Assembly (NCBI GenBank): GCA_977018835.1
Contig: OZ361259.1
Span: forward strand, 4,526,001-4,589,053
Length of the DNA stretch: 63,053 nt
Direction: 5' to 3'
Origin: Minutocellus sp. GHC0000111
Taxonomy: Eukaryota
Shown: piece after piece, positions 10,980 through 23,534 of the stretch
Layout: each line of letters opens with the position of its first letter
Numbering within the stretch: the first letter of the stretch is position 1
Made by a program: the position numbers and the translations under genes
Notes under the pieces: generated by a model
Databases searched by the model: none
What the model saw: the letters and a program-made list of their open reading frames with translations, nothing else
Told to the model about the DNA's origin: nothing

Positions 10980-13900
10980 ATGTTCGGCGACGCAGATACG
11001 CACTGGCCGCCGCTGACGCCGACGACGGTCGCCGTTCATGACGACGGCAACGGCCCCAGCCATCTGACCAAAAAGCAGAAGCAGCGGGTGAAGGAGCAGC
11101 AGCGTCTCAAGCTCAAGAAGGCGCAGGAGGCGGCCGGTCCTGTGCGGAAGAGCTGGTACGACATTTCGGAGGAACCCAGCCGCGACTATGACGACGACGA
11201 CGAAGACGTCCAGTCCAGCGTATCTTCTTCCGCGTCGGCGGGAGATGGGGCCGATGGAAATGCAAACGGCACCTCCTCGGCCGCACCGGCCGGCCCTCAG
11301 GAAATGATGCGATCGGAACTGATGAAAACCTACGGATATCCGCCGGAGGAGATCGATGCGGCCATGGAAAAAATGTTCGAGCTGGGCCTCCCGTACGACG
11401 ACGCCGAGGAGGTCGATGCCTTCCTCCGGTTGGAGAAGGTGAAGGAACTTAGCGCAGCCAGCGCCGGACGCGAGGCAGTGTCGGCAGGAACCGAGTCTCA
11501 GTCTCGCGACAAGGAATCCCAAACTCCGACCCTGCCATCCACGCCGCCCGATGACAATGGCAGCCGATTGGAGGAGGCCGTCGAGGAGACCCAGGAGGAG
11601 GTTGAGGAACCGGCCATGACCGGAGTTGACGACGTGGGAGACGATGCAGCCACGGCAGGAGCTGACGACGATGAGATTTCCGACAAGGGCACGGTGCAGG
11701 CCACTGCGCCTGCTGCCGCCGTCAAGGCCAGACAAGTCAGCATCGAGCCCAAGAACGTCACGACCGCGAGCAACGCTGCTGGCGGCAACGGCAGCAGCGG
11801 GGACGTGGTCGTTGGCGTCCTTGCCAGGCTGGACATGGTGTCCAAGGCCAACAACCTCGATGATGCCATCTTCGCTCTTACCGAGTGGGTGGACAAGGTG
11901 GCGACGCCGACCGAGGTGAGTATGATGAGAGACGTGAGGTATCTTTGTCCCAATTTCTGTTGTTGCGCAATACACCATCTCACTCTCAACCTTTATGTTC
12001 CATACCCCATACATCATATTTTCTTCTAATAACTTAATATTCAGATCGTCGAATTGTGCGACACACGCAAGTGCCAGGCCTTCCTCACCATCCTCAGGAG
12101 GACCATTCAGCAGCCTAGATCTTCGTTCGACAAGAAAGTCCTCGCCCTAATCTCGGAGGTTCTCCGTGGAGTTGCTGGCGACCAGGATCGGCCCACTGGA
12201 ACAGTCACCACGGCGATTGGGAACTCCATCAAGAGTGCACGGGCCGTCGTCAAGTCCAGCAAGACCTACGGCTCCGCCATGGAGGCTTGTGCCGATACGG
12301 TGTCCAAGAGGGTGGCCTCAGAACTGCACCGGGCCGTCCTCAAGCTGCGACGGGACAACCTCGCCCTCTCGGCCGCCAACCCGGCCAGCAAGGCAGACAC
12401 CATCCGCGCGCTCGAGGCTGAGATCGAGGCCATGGCATCCTCCCTGGCCACAACCGATGGAGGACTGCTGGGCCTAATGACCAAGCGCGATTGTCACCGG
12501 TCGGCTGCGGACATGTCTTCCACCATTGTGGGCCTTTCCATCTCTCCCTCGGTGCCCTCTGAGGAGGAGGTCGACATGAGTGGTGAATCTTCCGACTCTG
12601 ATAACAGCGGAGATGATTCCGACGCCGCGGCGTCCATGGCCAACCCCAAGAATGTCATGACGTCCCTCCTTGGCAAAGACTACGATGCCAACATCTCCGC
12701 CAAGTCCGAATATGACCAGCTCCGTTCCGAACTTGACGCAGCTCTTTCGTCGATGGCCTCGAATAGAACTGAACTTATCAAGGAGAGAGATGGGTACAAA
12801 GCTGAAAGGGAGGTCGTTAATAGTCAAATTGATGATCTTCGGAAGCAGCTCGAGGAACTGGAAAAGAAGGGCAGTAAGCTCGATGCCAGTGCCAACGCCG
12901 TTGAAAGCAGATTGGAAGAGCTTGATGCTGAACTCGATGATGAAGTGAAGACCGTCAAGGTTGGCCTCTCGGTTCGCTCGGCTGCCCACCAGGTGGAAGA
13001 GGCGGCTAGAGGCGTCGCTGACGAACTAGACTCGCTCCGCAACGCACTCGATGACACCACCGTCGTGGAAGGAACAGGTCCCCATCGTCGCCTTCCTACT
13101 CGCCAGAGAAGGTCAGCACCAAAATGGGCATTTACTTTTGTCAGGATACGCAACTACTTCAGGGCCGAGGCCGATTGCATTGAGTTCATTGCAAACAGAG
13201 CCAACGGTCTCGAGAAGGGCCTCGCGGATCTCGAACGTGAGATTGATGAATGTGCCATGCTGGGAATGACAACCAATGTCATGCTCATGACGAATAGTCT
13301 CGGCGAAACTCAGCAAAACATCACCGAAGATAGGGGCGTTGTGGTCATGCTGACCTCCGAGGCAGAGAAGGTTCAGGTTGACTTTATGAAGCGCCTCGGT
13401 GAATATAAATCGGCGACGAGCTGCCCGACAATGACTCCCAGCCAGGCCTTGTCCTCGCTTCAAGTGTCGGTCCTCTCTGATATCCGAGACGCCATGAAAA
13501 GAATTGGCCTGAAGGATAAGGGTCTCTCTGATTACATCACAGGCGTCGCATCGACGCTAAATACGCCTTCCACCACCAACAGCATCAAGAGCGTCACCAA
13601 AGCCTACGATAACGATACAAACAAGGCAGAACCACCAACCAGCAAAGACAAGACAGGCAGTGAAGCACTTCCCTCGGAGGGAGACATCCTCAAGGCTGCA
13701 GATGAATTCTTTGCAGCAGCAGACAAGGATACAGTCACAGTTATTGATATCTGCATCTCCATCGAGAACAAATTTGGAGTGAATCTCGACAAGTCGACCA
13801 GAAATTCCATCAAAGACCGCTTCCTCAAATTGCTCGACGAAGCGGAGAGCGACGAACCAGCACCCGAGAAGGATCAGACTACCAACCAGGCCGCCGAGAA

Positions 13901-14138
13901 CTGCGATGCCGTGTCCACCCTCTCTCCTGCCTCTCAGTCCACCCTGCATAGTCATTCATCAGTGGTCAGGCCCGTCCTACCACCGCCGCCTCCACCGCCC
14001 GTGTCCGCGAGCAAGATGCCCCGCCTAAGCTGGGCCAAGAGTCCTACGACTCCGGGTGGGAGACCTCCGAGGGGCAAGTCCCTGCTCGAGATCCAGCAGG
14101 AAGGAAGAAATGTCTGCGAAGAAGGCTTCCCAAAATAG
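10980..14138 (+). CDS. Coiled-coil protein with DEK-C-like domain; probable internal frameshifts
   Basis: Exon ending GAG|GTGAGT at ~11915, acceptor TCAG at ~12044. Heptad-rich region; DEK-C-like ILKAADEFF..TVTVIDICISIENKFGVNL; C-terminal SWAK..KSLLEIQQE motif. Confidence 0.55.
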
Positions 14139-14287
14139 ATAGTCTACTAGCCGGGCAGGCGGGGCGTGCACATGCAGTTGATCCATACGGGTAGCACATG
14201 ACATATAAGTATACTAGTAATAGACCAAATAGTTAGATTTCATCAGACATTTTGCTTCTTTACCAGCTCTACTAGAATTCTACACAG

Positions 14288-17200
14288 CTAGATGTTGAGG
14301 CTGGATCTACTTGAGTAGCCCTGAACACCCTGCTCACATGCCATCGCGGCGGCGACAATGAGATCGATAGCGGCTTCCGCTGAAAGCGGTCCACCTTTCC
14401 CAGTGTACCCATTATCGTCCACAGTAACCTCGACCGATGCTTTCCCCTCGGCACAACCATAAATCCCTTCGAAGCAGGTGAAATACAAAGTACCAAGTGC
14501 ATGGTTTACATCTTTCAGCTGGCCCATGAATACAAGAAAATGGTTGGAAACACCATTGCCTCTTAGGAATGACAGTCCGTCGTTTGACTGCAGGGACACC
14601 GTGCCTGCGCTCGCCCTTAGCACGACGGTGAGTAGCCCCGCGTTGTCCCGCAGAAGAGGGTCGACAATCATGCCGTCTGCGAGGTCGGGGTCGTCGATGA
14701 CAATGGATGCGATGGGCACCTCTTTGCTATTGAGCGAAACCTTGAGAGGTTGTTCCTGTTCGTCGCTGACGGTGGGTTATTGAAAGGCTCGACGTAAATT
14801 TTGATTGTGCCTTCGACACATCCTCGTGATGGGGAACGAACACTGGTCCACCCACAGCTGCCCTCGCAGATAGTTAAGTTCATAGACGTGTAGCCGCTCT
14901 CTTGAGTATCAGCCTCAAACAGAATGTGACGGGCCGCCACATTCAAATCGTCAATATTGCCGATGAATTGCAAAGCGTTTTCGTCAGATGAAGCCTCTGC
15001 CGCCAAGTTTGTGTGATTATCCAGCGATATGGAACCAATGCCTACCTGCATCTCGGCACAAAATGACGATGACAATGCTGCTTCCTCCTTATCAATCAAT
15101 GCAAAGGCTTGTGGAGTTTCGAGGTATTCATTTTGGGAAAGTGAGGAGATAATCCGAGATCGTCCATCGACAGAGTCCTGGGAAAGCGAATGCAAAGCCA
15201 GAAGGAAGTGTGGATGGTACCATGTGGCGCCAATGAGCATCTGTTCGCCTTCTGCAATCTCCACCTCGGGCACGAACCCCGAGGAAGCGCTGGCGGGCAT
15301 CCACCAAAGTTCGAATGAATCATACGTGGGAATAACCGTGATGAGTTGCTCAGCGCTATCCCTTGCGCCATGGTCATCCGCTACCAAGATACGGAGCGAT
15401 GCTTCGCCAGAGTAGTCTTCATCCGGTATAAACTGAATGTCATCAAGCTTACTGTTCAGAGAGTCGATTGTCCCCTCCATCTTGATCATTCGCCCATCCT
15501 CTGCGGTGTCAACGAGAACATCGTCGAGGTCGTCACAAGAGAAACAGGTTTTGGTCCTCTTGAAGACTCGCATAGATCCGTTATTGGACATGAGGTTGAC
15601 GGAAAGCTTCTTGTCGTCAACATCAGACACCTTGGCCTCGAGATTCAGGTAAGTATTTTCCAATATCGACACAGCGGTGTGGTTGCTGTAGGAAATCATG
15701 TCGGGGCCAATCGATACAAGTGGTGTGTCATTGACGGCACCCACTCTAATGAAATACTCAGCAAAGTCAATTCGATACGAATCACTGAATAGGACCATGC
15801 TGACAGATGCAAAGCCGCTACTCTCGGTATTGAGGTCAATATCTGGGCTAAAGACGAGTGATTTTGCCACAAGGTTGAGATCCTTTACCTCTCCGCGGAT
15901 TACTACCGACGAGTACCAGCTGTGAGCTGTTGCCGTGTCTCTCTCGGCAACGGTACCGTTCACGTCTAACTCGTCTTCCTGGTTGGAGACATCAATGCCA
16001 ATGACGCCATACTTGGTTGAAATTTCGAGATCGATTGGCCCCAATGCACTACCGTCCACATCCGTTAGCTTCACGGCGACAGCAACAAAGCCGTCTTCTT
16101 CGACATGCAGTACATCATCGGGGCCAGTGATCTTGTGGCGGTCGTCAATCGAGGCAATGTTGATCGGAATAACCACACTGTCCATTTGTGAGCTGTGGCC
16201 ATGGTCGTCGGTAACTGTAATGACGAGGCTATCCACACCATTGTAGTTGCGCTTAGCTTTGTAGGAAAGAGCGGAAAGAGCTTTGTTGATGTACTCTTGG
16301 ACCCCCTTGATTACAAGAGTGTAGGACGATGCGGAGAAACGTCCAGCATAAATTGTAAGGCCAGCCCGAGAATCCTCAGGAATGTGCAAAGCGCCATGCG
16401 ACACTGCCATCTGCACTCGAAGGACATCTGAATCGGCGTCAACAACAAGGATGCCGGAGAGATGGCACAATTGGTCCTCAGCACAGACAAATGGTTCCGT
16501 CTCGACAAGTCGATTGCACATTCCTTCGTCGATGAGAGGAGATGTAACGTTCGTTGAAGAAATCGAGGCATTTTCTGGGGAATGGCCCGCCCTAGTAATC
16601 GCACTGCAACTGGCGTCATCGCGATAAATTGCTGCGTCATACTCAATGCTTGGTCCGTTGTTTGCAGTGTCTGTGAGCAATATATTGATCGTTGCGCTTG
16701 CCAAGGGCATACCAATCGTTTCCTCCTCTCCCACGTTCCTGTCGTCGGCCTCAAAGAAGTGGAGGCTGATGGTGTCAACTCGAGAGTGCGTCCCACCAAT
16801 GCCGTGATACGATAGGGCGGCTAGCATCTTGTTCACATCGACGAAGGTTCCTTCGACCATCAGAGAACGGCCATCGGAATTCTCCAGCGATACTGATGAT
16901 GGAATCCCAGTCCTCATCACGTCGATCCGACCAAGCCCGAACGAGTCACTCGATGCGTCTGGATCTTGTACTTGAACGCCCAGAATTGTGCAAAGGGTCT
17001 CCTCTCCGCAGACCACATAGCTCGAGGGGATTGAAATCATGGGAGGGTCGTCAACCGAGAGGACCAAAATAGGCAATACCACTGTTTCAAACAACTCGCC
17101 GCCCCGCCCGGCGTTTCCCTTGTCCCACACTTAGACTGTCAAGGTCACATTACCGTAGTAGTCCTTGGCGCCAATAAAATGCAGCCCGCGAAGAGCCTTG

Positions 17201-17955
17201 TTGATGGAAGAGAGGGTGCCACGAAATTTCATGGCATTGCTCGAGTCAGCCCCATGCGAAAAATACAGGCCGGTTGTCCCACGTAGTTTGATACTGCTGC
17301 CATGGGATACCTTGAGGTCGACGGTAAAGAAGGAGGTATCCGCTGGATCGTGTGGGTGGATGTCAATGTCGGAGATGAACATATCGATTGAGAGTGGCTC
17401 GTCCTCCTCAACAGTCAGAGTGTCAATCCTCTCAACAGTGTAGCCGCCCCTGTCTTGAAGGATTCGATGGACAACGCCTGGAACTATGATTGTGGGAGGA
17501 TCATTTATGGGCAGGATGTCTACGAAGAAGGTGTTTTTGTCCGTCGCCCGATACCCGCCATCGTCACTAGTTGATTCCTCTACAACTACTCTGCAGACCT
17601 GAAGATTGTGGCTTTCTGCGTGCGACAACGAAACAAAGTTGCCCTGGGCAGAAGTGTAGGTGGCCTGAGCTAAAGCCTCGTTCAACGCATCGATGGTGCC
17701 GTTCGCTTGCAGAGCATGAATCGCGTCTGGGGGGGTTACGCCAAGCTTGGGTGAATGAGGAAGGCTGACAAATCCGCCCGTGCAACTAATTGCTAGGCCG
17801 AGTTGAACGCTGGCGTCGTCTTCATTGACGATCTCAATCGCGGGACGAATTCTCTTTGCCGTATCCTCCTCTACCTCAATGAAATGGGGCGCGTCAATGA
17901 ATAGCTCTGCTGAAACCTTGCGCAGCAAGAGTAGTGGTAGGAGGGGTAAAATCAT
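14288..17955 (-). pseudogene. Secreted cadherin-like/tandem Ig-fold repeat adhesin, disrupted
   Basis: Signal-like MILPLLPLLLL. Repeats with (V/I)NDPPxI, DxD, GTxxxINxALxxLxY/F and xxGxDxLxITVxD. In-frame TAA at 17131-17133 and a frameshift at ~14775. Confidence 0.6.
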
Positions 17956-18015
17956 CGATCTCGTTGACGATATGTTGGCAATGACCAAATCAGTTTAAAG
18001 CTAAAAAAAATATTC

Positions 18016-18114
18016 CCTCGTTTCAAAATTTGATCCAATTCAAGCAAGCGAGCCAATGACCTATCAGTTTAACCTCGTTTCAAACTTTGATCCAACTCAA
18101 GCAAGCGAGCCAAT
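18016..18114. repeat. Direct duplication of a 42-bp segment (18016-18057 and 18073-18114)
   Basis: CCTCGTTTCAAAaTTTGATCCAAtTCAAGCAAGCGAGCCAAT vs CCTCGTTTCAAAcTTTGATCCAAcTCAAGCAAGCGAGCCAAT; copies the last codons of the aminotransferase ORF. Confidence 0.85.
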
Positions 18115-19670
18115 AGTGTCTTTAGATACGCTGTATCTAGATCGTCAAAAAAAGATTGTTGACTTGCCAAGATCACCTGTCGATATAACTTTCCTGTCCT
18201 CCCTTGCTCACTACTACTAGTACTAGTATTGTAACGCTCATCCTCATGCAGCCGTTGGATTAATTCAATCTTTCGACCACCAACTTTGAGCCCACGTCTT
18301 CGTAGCTCATCTTTGAGCTTCGGAACAGTCAAAGTTGCCCAATCGATGGTATAGACTTCACCTTGCTCATCAATGGAGGCAGCATCGTCACTGCTATTCG
18401 TTGCATCCCAAATTTTGCGGAACGACCGAATCTTGGCCTCATCATTCCCCCCTTTCTCGTACTCTGGAACACTGAGCGTAGTAACCGGCACCACCAAACG
18501 GATAGCAGAAGTGACGAAGACCTCGGACCATAATCCATCGATAGCATCTTGCAACAATACGGGTTCGGTCTCGTCGTACGGAAGTCCCAGTTTCTCTGCA
18601 GACTCGAGCACACAATGACGAGCACATCCCGAAAGGACATTGCCCTCGGCCGCCGCTGTTCGGAGCGTACCATCTCTATAAACCACAAATAAATTGCTTG
18701 TGAGTCCTTCGAGCAATTCAATGCCGTGAAATTCACCAATGCCATTTGTATCGACTGACCGAGCAAGGATGACCTCGCCAATATCAGCGCCTTTGAACAT
18801 TTCTTCCAGGGGTCGCCTTTCTCTGCACCAGGAGCTGTCCTTGGCATCAGGTCCGTGCTCATGCCGATTGGGCAGCGACGACCAGTCTCTCAGATGTGAC
18901 GCCGACTCACCAACGACTGGTGGCAAAGCAATCGAAGCCTGAATTGCGGCTGGGAGCTTCACAATTCCAGCTCGCCATGGCGAGGGGACAATGGCAATTG
19001 ATCCACGAGCCCGTACTCGTATGGGGCTTTGCTCTTCACCATTATTTTTGCTGCCGTCCTTCGTCTTCTTCGTCCAAAGGATTGTCACCATAAGAACCGG
19101 AATGGTACCGGCGTCGTCAAGTACTGCTCTCAAAGTTTTGAATTGCATTTCATCCTTCGCTTCGTCCAGCATTTTGGAAATAGATAGATGGCTTTCGAGT
19201 TCCGCCTTCAAATAGTTAGCCACGCTACATGCGCCCTCCCTACTTCTGTCCCCTTCTTCTTCTTGAGCATACTTGATTTCGTAGGAGGTCCGCAGTCTCT
19301 TCAAATGAAAGTCGAAATCCCGCGTCTTCCAAATGTATCGATCCTCATTGAGATCGGTGCTGCCAAGATTTTTCACGATTTCACATCGCACGACGGTGTA
19401 GGCCCCACCACAGCCCTCGGTTTCCTCAATGTCCTCCATCCATAGCCTCGGCGAGGGGCTGCTGACGTCTTTGCCGGAAGTTGTGATTATGCCCTCGTAC
19501 TCGTAGGGCCTGGATTCGGTCGACCAGCACGACGTGGACGCCAGTGCAGTTGGTGATGAACATGATTGTCTCCGATGGTGGCCAGGTGCTGATGTTGGAA
19601 GGTGGCGGTAAGAATGAGGGGCATTGTTGCACGATGACGCGAGCGACGGCGGCACCTTTGTCGCACCCAC
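18069..19670 (-). CDS. Class IV (D-amino-acid/BCAT-like) PLP aminotransferase-fold protein with C-terminal SAP domain; true start uncertain
   Basis: GAYTVVR, FHLKRL, PDAKDSSW, LLEGLTSNLFVV, VLSG.AR, EVFVTSAIRLVVPV; SAP motif LTVPKLKDELRRRGLKVGGRKIELIQRL. Confidence 0.75.
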   Translation of the reverse strand: MGATKVPPSLASSCNNAPHSYRHLPTSAPGHHRRQSCSSPTALASTSCWSTESRPYEYEGIITTSGKDVSSPSPRLWMEDIEETEGCGGAYTVVRCEIVKNLGSTDLNEDRYIWKTRDFDFHLKRLRTSYEIKYAQEEEGDRSREGACSVANYLKAELESHLSISKMLDEAKDEMQFKTLRAVLDDAGTIPVLMVTILWTKKTKDGSKNNGEEQSPIRVRARGSIAIVPSPWRAGIVKLPAAIQASIALPPVVGESASHLRDWSSLPNRHEHGPDAKDSSWCRERRPLEEMFKGADIGEVILARSVDTNGIGEFHGIELLEGLTSNLFVVYRDGTLRTAAAEGNVLSGCARHCVLESAEKLGLPYDETEPVLLQDAIDGLWSEVFVTSAIRLVVPVTTLSVPEYEKGGNDEAKIRSFRKIWDATNSSDDAASIDEQGEVYTIDWATLTVPKLKDELRRRGLKVGGRKIELIQRLHEDERYNTSTSSSEQGRTGKLYRQVILASQQSFFDDLDTAYLKTLLARLLELDQSLKRG

Positions 19671-20040
19671 GCCAGCGCTGCAACTTGCACCATCGCCAAC
19701 AACAAAGGCTTGAGTAGATGTGCACCATATAGATAAGCGCGAGCGGTAATAATCGCAGCGGCAACATCCTGCCTCTCGCCGTTATGGTTCCGACTTTCCG
19801 ACTGCCGTTCCGTTCACTTTTTTGCTGCTGCTGCCTGACTGCTTTGCTGCTTTTTTCCCGCAATTTTTCGTCTGTCCGTCCGTCATTTTCCTCCGGGTTT
19901 CCAAAGTCGGGCATAAGATGTGCTCAAATTTTTCATCACTCTCCCGGGCGTATCTTCAACCCGAAGGAACGTCCGTACCAGTACGCTGTATATCAACCAG
20001 AAGCTACAACAGATACATCAATCCCAATCTGCATTGCACG

Positions 20041-23000
20041 ATGGACGGCGCAGGCGGCGGTGGAGCCAGGTCGTCGCCCCGTGGGGCGTCGCGCGCCAAG
20101 AGCGAAGCCGAGCAAGCCGGCCCCGCCACCGCCACGACGACGACGGAGGTGAGCGGTGGTGGGCGAAAAGATACGCCCGATGGGACCGCAGTCGCTGATG
20201 GCATTAATGCCACCGTTTCACCTGTCAATTCTGGTGCCAAGGAGGTAGCTGGCGGTGCTCCGCAGTCGCAGCTGGGTGACGAGGCAGAGGCTGCAAAGGC
20301 GGGAGGCGATGGGAGGGATTTAGTTGCGCCACCAAGCCAACCTGTTCGATCGACCTCCGCCGATGCCTGCTACATTGATGGGTGTGATATGCCCAAGGAG
20401 GCAGACATGGAAACATGCGAGGAGCATAGTGAATTGCATCCAGGCAAGCGCAGGAGCAAAGCCAGCAGTGACAGTAGCAATGGTAGACGCAAGCGCAAGT
20501 ATACCAAGAAGTCACAAAAGTGGTCGCGTGGTTGGTCGAGGTCGGCTCATGAAGACGACGAAGAGGATGAGGAGGTCCGGTCGGAAGTCGAGTCCGAAGA
20601 GTCCGATGAAAGCGAGAACGAAGGAGAAGAAAGTAACGAGAGCGAGGTTGAAGCTGTAACAGCCACTGGCACGGGATCTACTATTTTGTCCAAGAGGGGA
20701 CCAACTGGCCTACTGAAGAACTTGTGTCGCGTCGAGGGATGCCCCAAGTACCTACAAGCCGGCCGCGACGGAATGTGCGTTGCGCACTTCAACGCTGCCA
20801 AGGTGTATGGCGTCGACGCTGTTCTTGCCGAAGGCATGGAGGTCGGTGCCAGTACAAAGCCTGATTATAATGCTCGCGGTGCACGCAAAAAGCACACCAA
20901 TGAAAAGAAGCCGAGAGGAAGCCCGAGGGAGAGTTCTCGCAAGGCGCGGGCGAAAAGGTCTGAGCAAGACATGGAAAAGCCACCAACGTCAGCACGCGAA
21001 CCCACCCCGAAGAGGAAGAAATCGGAAGAATCTACCAAGCCACTGCCACCTGCGAGAAAACTTGAGAAGGAGCTTGGCCTTCCCAAATACGACGAAAAAG
21101 GCAATTGGAATACATGCGTTGTCGGCGCCTGTGAACTCGGTATTCAGATCCCACGCGAATACAGAATGTGTCGCAGTCATTATCGTGAGCTCGTGGAAAA
21201 CGAGACGAAGGGCAAACAAGAAAAGTATGCCCAATATGCCGCACTAATGAGACCACCAAAATCTTCTACGAAATCGTCGCCCATGAAGAAGATACCTAAG
21301 GTCAAGGCCAAGACGAAGGCAACGCCAAGTAAACGAAAAATGTCCACTGGTGATGCCGATGAGGTTGCGGGCAAGGCGAAGCGCCGTACCACGAAGGAAA
21401 TGCCTACTGTCGTTGACGACCGAATGGCTCCCGATGCTACTGAAGAAGCCGTCGCTTTCGCCAGTGCTCAGGTGTGTGATATCTGGAAGTCGCTTCCATC
21501 GGATATCGATCTCGACAGCCTTCCTCCAATCCCAAAATCAGTTTTCTTTGGAGACATTGATCAAGATTCTAACTCCGACGGCAAACCAGTCGCAGATGAA
21601 AATGCTGAAGAAGGGAAAGGGGCAACGAAGAAAGATGATCTCAAGCCTCCCCTGATTGCGTCCATCAACGTCAATCCCAAGATGAACTACAACGTCATCC
21701 ATCTAGCGGTGAAAGCCAGGCTGGCTGCGAAAAATTACAGTGCCGCTCTTTCACTGTGCCAGAAGGCTCTGCTTGATTGGTATGACCAGGCCGAGAAGTG
21801 TGCTCGTTTTCACCGAAGATCACCAAACAGGACGTCACTTGACCCGGATATCCCGTCTCTGGAGGCTGTCTGTGATAGTCTGGCTGGACTCTGGTGCGTC
21901 TACGCATGGCTGCTGCAGCAGCTCGTAACGTCAAGTCCCTCAAGAAGTCTCATCGATGCAGACGCCGAAGTCTCCGAGACAAATTTACCCCCTCCGCGAC
22001 CTGCTTTTTCGACTCCGAGCATTGATAGAAAGTTTCTCTCCGGGGCCGTCATTCCGGAAAATCTTTTTAGTCTGTCACACGAGCACATCCGATGGAGTGA
22101 CATACTTGCAGCCTTGAAGGTAGCGACAAACTGTCATCTTGCAGGTCGGCGTGCCTGGCCCTGGTTGGCTAGAGCAAGGGCAACCGTTCTAGCGGCCGAG
22201 GCAGCTGAGAAAGCGAAGACAACGCCGTCATCTGCAACTCCAGGGGAAAGGAGCGACCAGACCAAAGGTCCAGACATCCTCCTCAAGAGCTACGGGGACG
22301 CAGTCAGTATCTGTCGTGAAGGAATTAGCCGCGTCTCCGTCCTCTCATCCGCCCACTTGGCAAAATCGAGAAAGCTACTGGTACCTACATCCATTCAAGG
22401 TATTGCTCTTCCGTTCTTTGGCCAAGACAACGCTCGGACTCTTTGCACAGAGATCAATCACATGTGCGATATGAAGCAACGCGTGGAGAAGGCCATGACG
22501 ATGCAAAACGGCAGTGCTTTGGACACCGGGGCTGTCATGAATGGAGGAACTGCCTGTGGAGCCAAGTCTCAAGATGTAGCCAACCAATTGCAGGAAAATA
22601 ATGATCAACCTGCCCCATCCTCGGCCACCTCGGCTGTCCGTTCCGTTGAATGGGTATGCAGTGGCTGTGCCGAACACTTTTTGAATAGAGATGCCCTCCT
22701 TAGTCACAAGAAAGAATGCCCCAACGAAACACCGGGCGGTAAAGGAGGAAGAGGCCTGATTGACCAGGAGAAACACACTGCCAACGAAATGTTCAACACT
22801 TTTCCTGTCTCCTGCGCTTCATTGTTCAGCGAGGCCGATACGACAGACGTCCTCGACTATCTCGTCGAAATTTTCCCCGCGACAAATGGCGATATTGGAA
22901 GAAAGACGGCCCGCCCGGCCAAGGTAGAGACTGACGGCGACGACCACAACACCACAAATTGTGACCATACGGGGATGTTGGCCAATAGTCCTGTCTTCGA

Positions 23001-23355
23001 GGGTCAAGTCGGCCTACGTTGCATCCATTGTCGCGATGTCGAAGGTACTACTGGCATCGTGTATCCCCCAACCATCAGCGACCTCCCTCGCGCCATGTGG
23101 AGGTTGAGGGTTTCGCATTTTGAACGGTGCAAACACCTTCCAGACGATTGCCGGGCACGATATGAGGTATTGAGAAACTCCGTTGCAGCAGAAAGCATTC
23201 TCTCTCAGCGTTATTGGAATGAAGCAGCCAGTGGACTGCGTCTTCAAGATGTTTCCAAGGGCATAATGTGGCCTAGCACCTCTAGTAGTGGCGGTGGAAA
23301 TACTGTGGCAAACGCTGTTGTTCGATTTGATGGCTCCGCAGGAGCTCCCAATTGA
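20041..23355 (+). CDS. Large putative nuclear zinc-finger protein
   Basis: Several CxxxGC..CxxH knuckles (CRVEGCPKYLQAGRDGMCVAH), C2H2-like CSGCAEHF..HKKEC, C-terminal GQVGLRCIHC..HFERC module and basic NLS-like tracts. Confidence 0.65.
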   Translation: MDGAGGGGARSSPRGASRAKSEAEQAGPATATTTTEVSGGGRKDTPDGTAVADGINATVSPVNSGAKEVAGGAPQSQLGDEAEAAKAGGDGRDLVAPPSQPVRSTSADACYIDGCDMPKEADMETCEEHSELHPGKRRSKASSDSSNGRRKRKYTKKSQKWSRGWSRSAHEDDEEDEEVRSEVESEESDESENEGEESNESEVEAVTATGTGSTILSKRGPTGLLKNLCRVEGCPKYLQAGRDGMCVAHFNAAKVYGVDAVLAEGMEVGASTKPDYNARGARKKHTNEKKPRGSPRESSRKARAKRSEQDMEKPPTSAREPTPKRKKSEESTKPLPPARKLEKELGLPKYDEKGNWNTCVVGACELGIQIPREYRMCRSHYRELVENETKGKQEKYAQYAALMRPPKSSTKSSPMKKIPKVKAKTKATPSKRKMSTGDADEVAGKAKRRTTKEMPTVVDDRMAPDATEEAVAFASAQVCDIWKSLPSDIDLDSLPPIPKSVFFGDIDQDSNSDGKPVADENAEEGKGATKKDDLKPPLIASINVNPKMNYNVIHLAVKARLAAKNYSAALSLCQKALLDWYDQAEKCARFHRRSPNRTSLDPDIPSLEAVCDSLAGLWCVYAWLLQQLVTSSPSRSLIDADAEVSETNLPPPRPAFSTPSIDRKFLSGAVIPENLFSLSHEHIRWSDILAALKVATNCHLAGRRAWPWLARARATVLAAEAAEKAKTTPSSATPGERSDQTKGPDILLKSYGDAVSICREGISRVSVLSSAHLAKSRKLLVPTSIQGIALPFFGQDNARTLCTEINHMCDMKQRVEKAMTMQNGSALDTGAVMNGGTACGAKSQDVANQLQENNDQPAPSSATSAVRSVEWVCSGCAEHFLNRDALLSHKKECPNETPGGKGGRGLIDQEKHTANEMFNTFPVSCASLFSEADTTDVLDYLVEIFPATNGDIGRKTARPAKVETDGDDHNTTNCDHTGMLANSPVFEGQVGLRCIHCRDVEGTTGIVYPPTISDLPRAMWRLRVSHFERCKHLPDDCRARYEVLRNSVAAESILSQRYWNEAASGLRLQDVSKGIMWPSTSSSGGGNTVANAVVRFDGSAGAPN

Positions 23356-23534
23356 AAGGCTGCCCCACTCGTTCGACAAACAAATGCAGCAACCAAGTAA
23401 CATATAATATTGTTCTGAATTACTTTCTACTGTGCCAAACGGATCTCCATATACTCCCTTGTACCTAGGTACAGGTTCCTACATGCCAATCCATTTAGAG
23501 GCGACCTAGGTACTTTCACAACGAAATCATTTAA

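Noticed and set aside
10395..12017. 611-aa minus-strand ORF 10182-12017
   Set aside because: Only its last ~65 codons are real (Ctf8 exon 1); the rest is antisense to the plus-strand gene.
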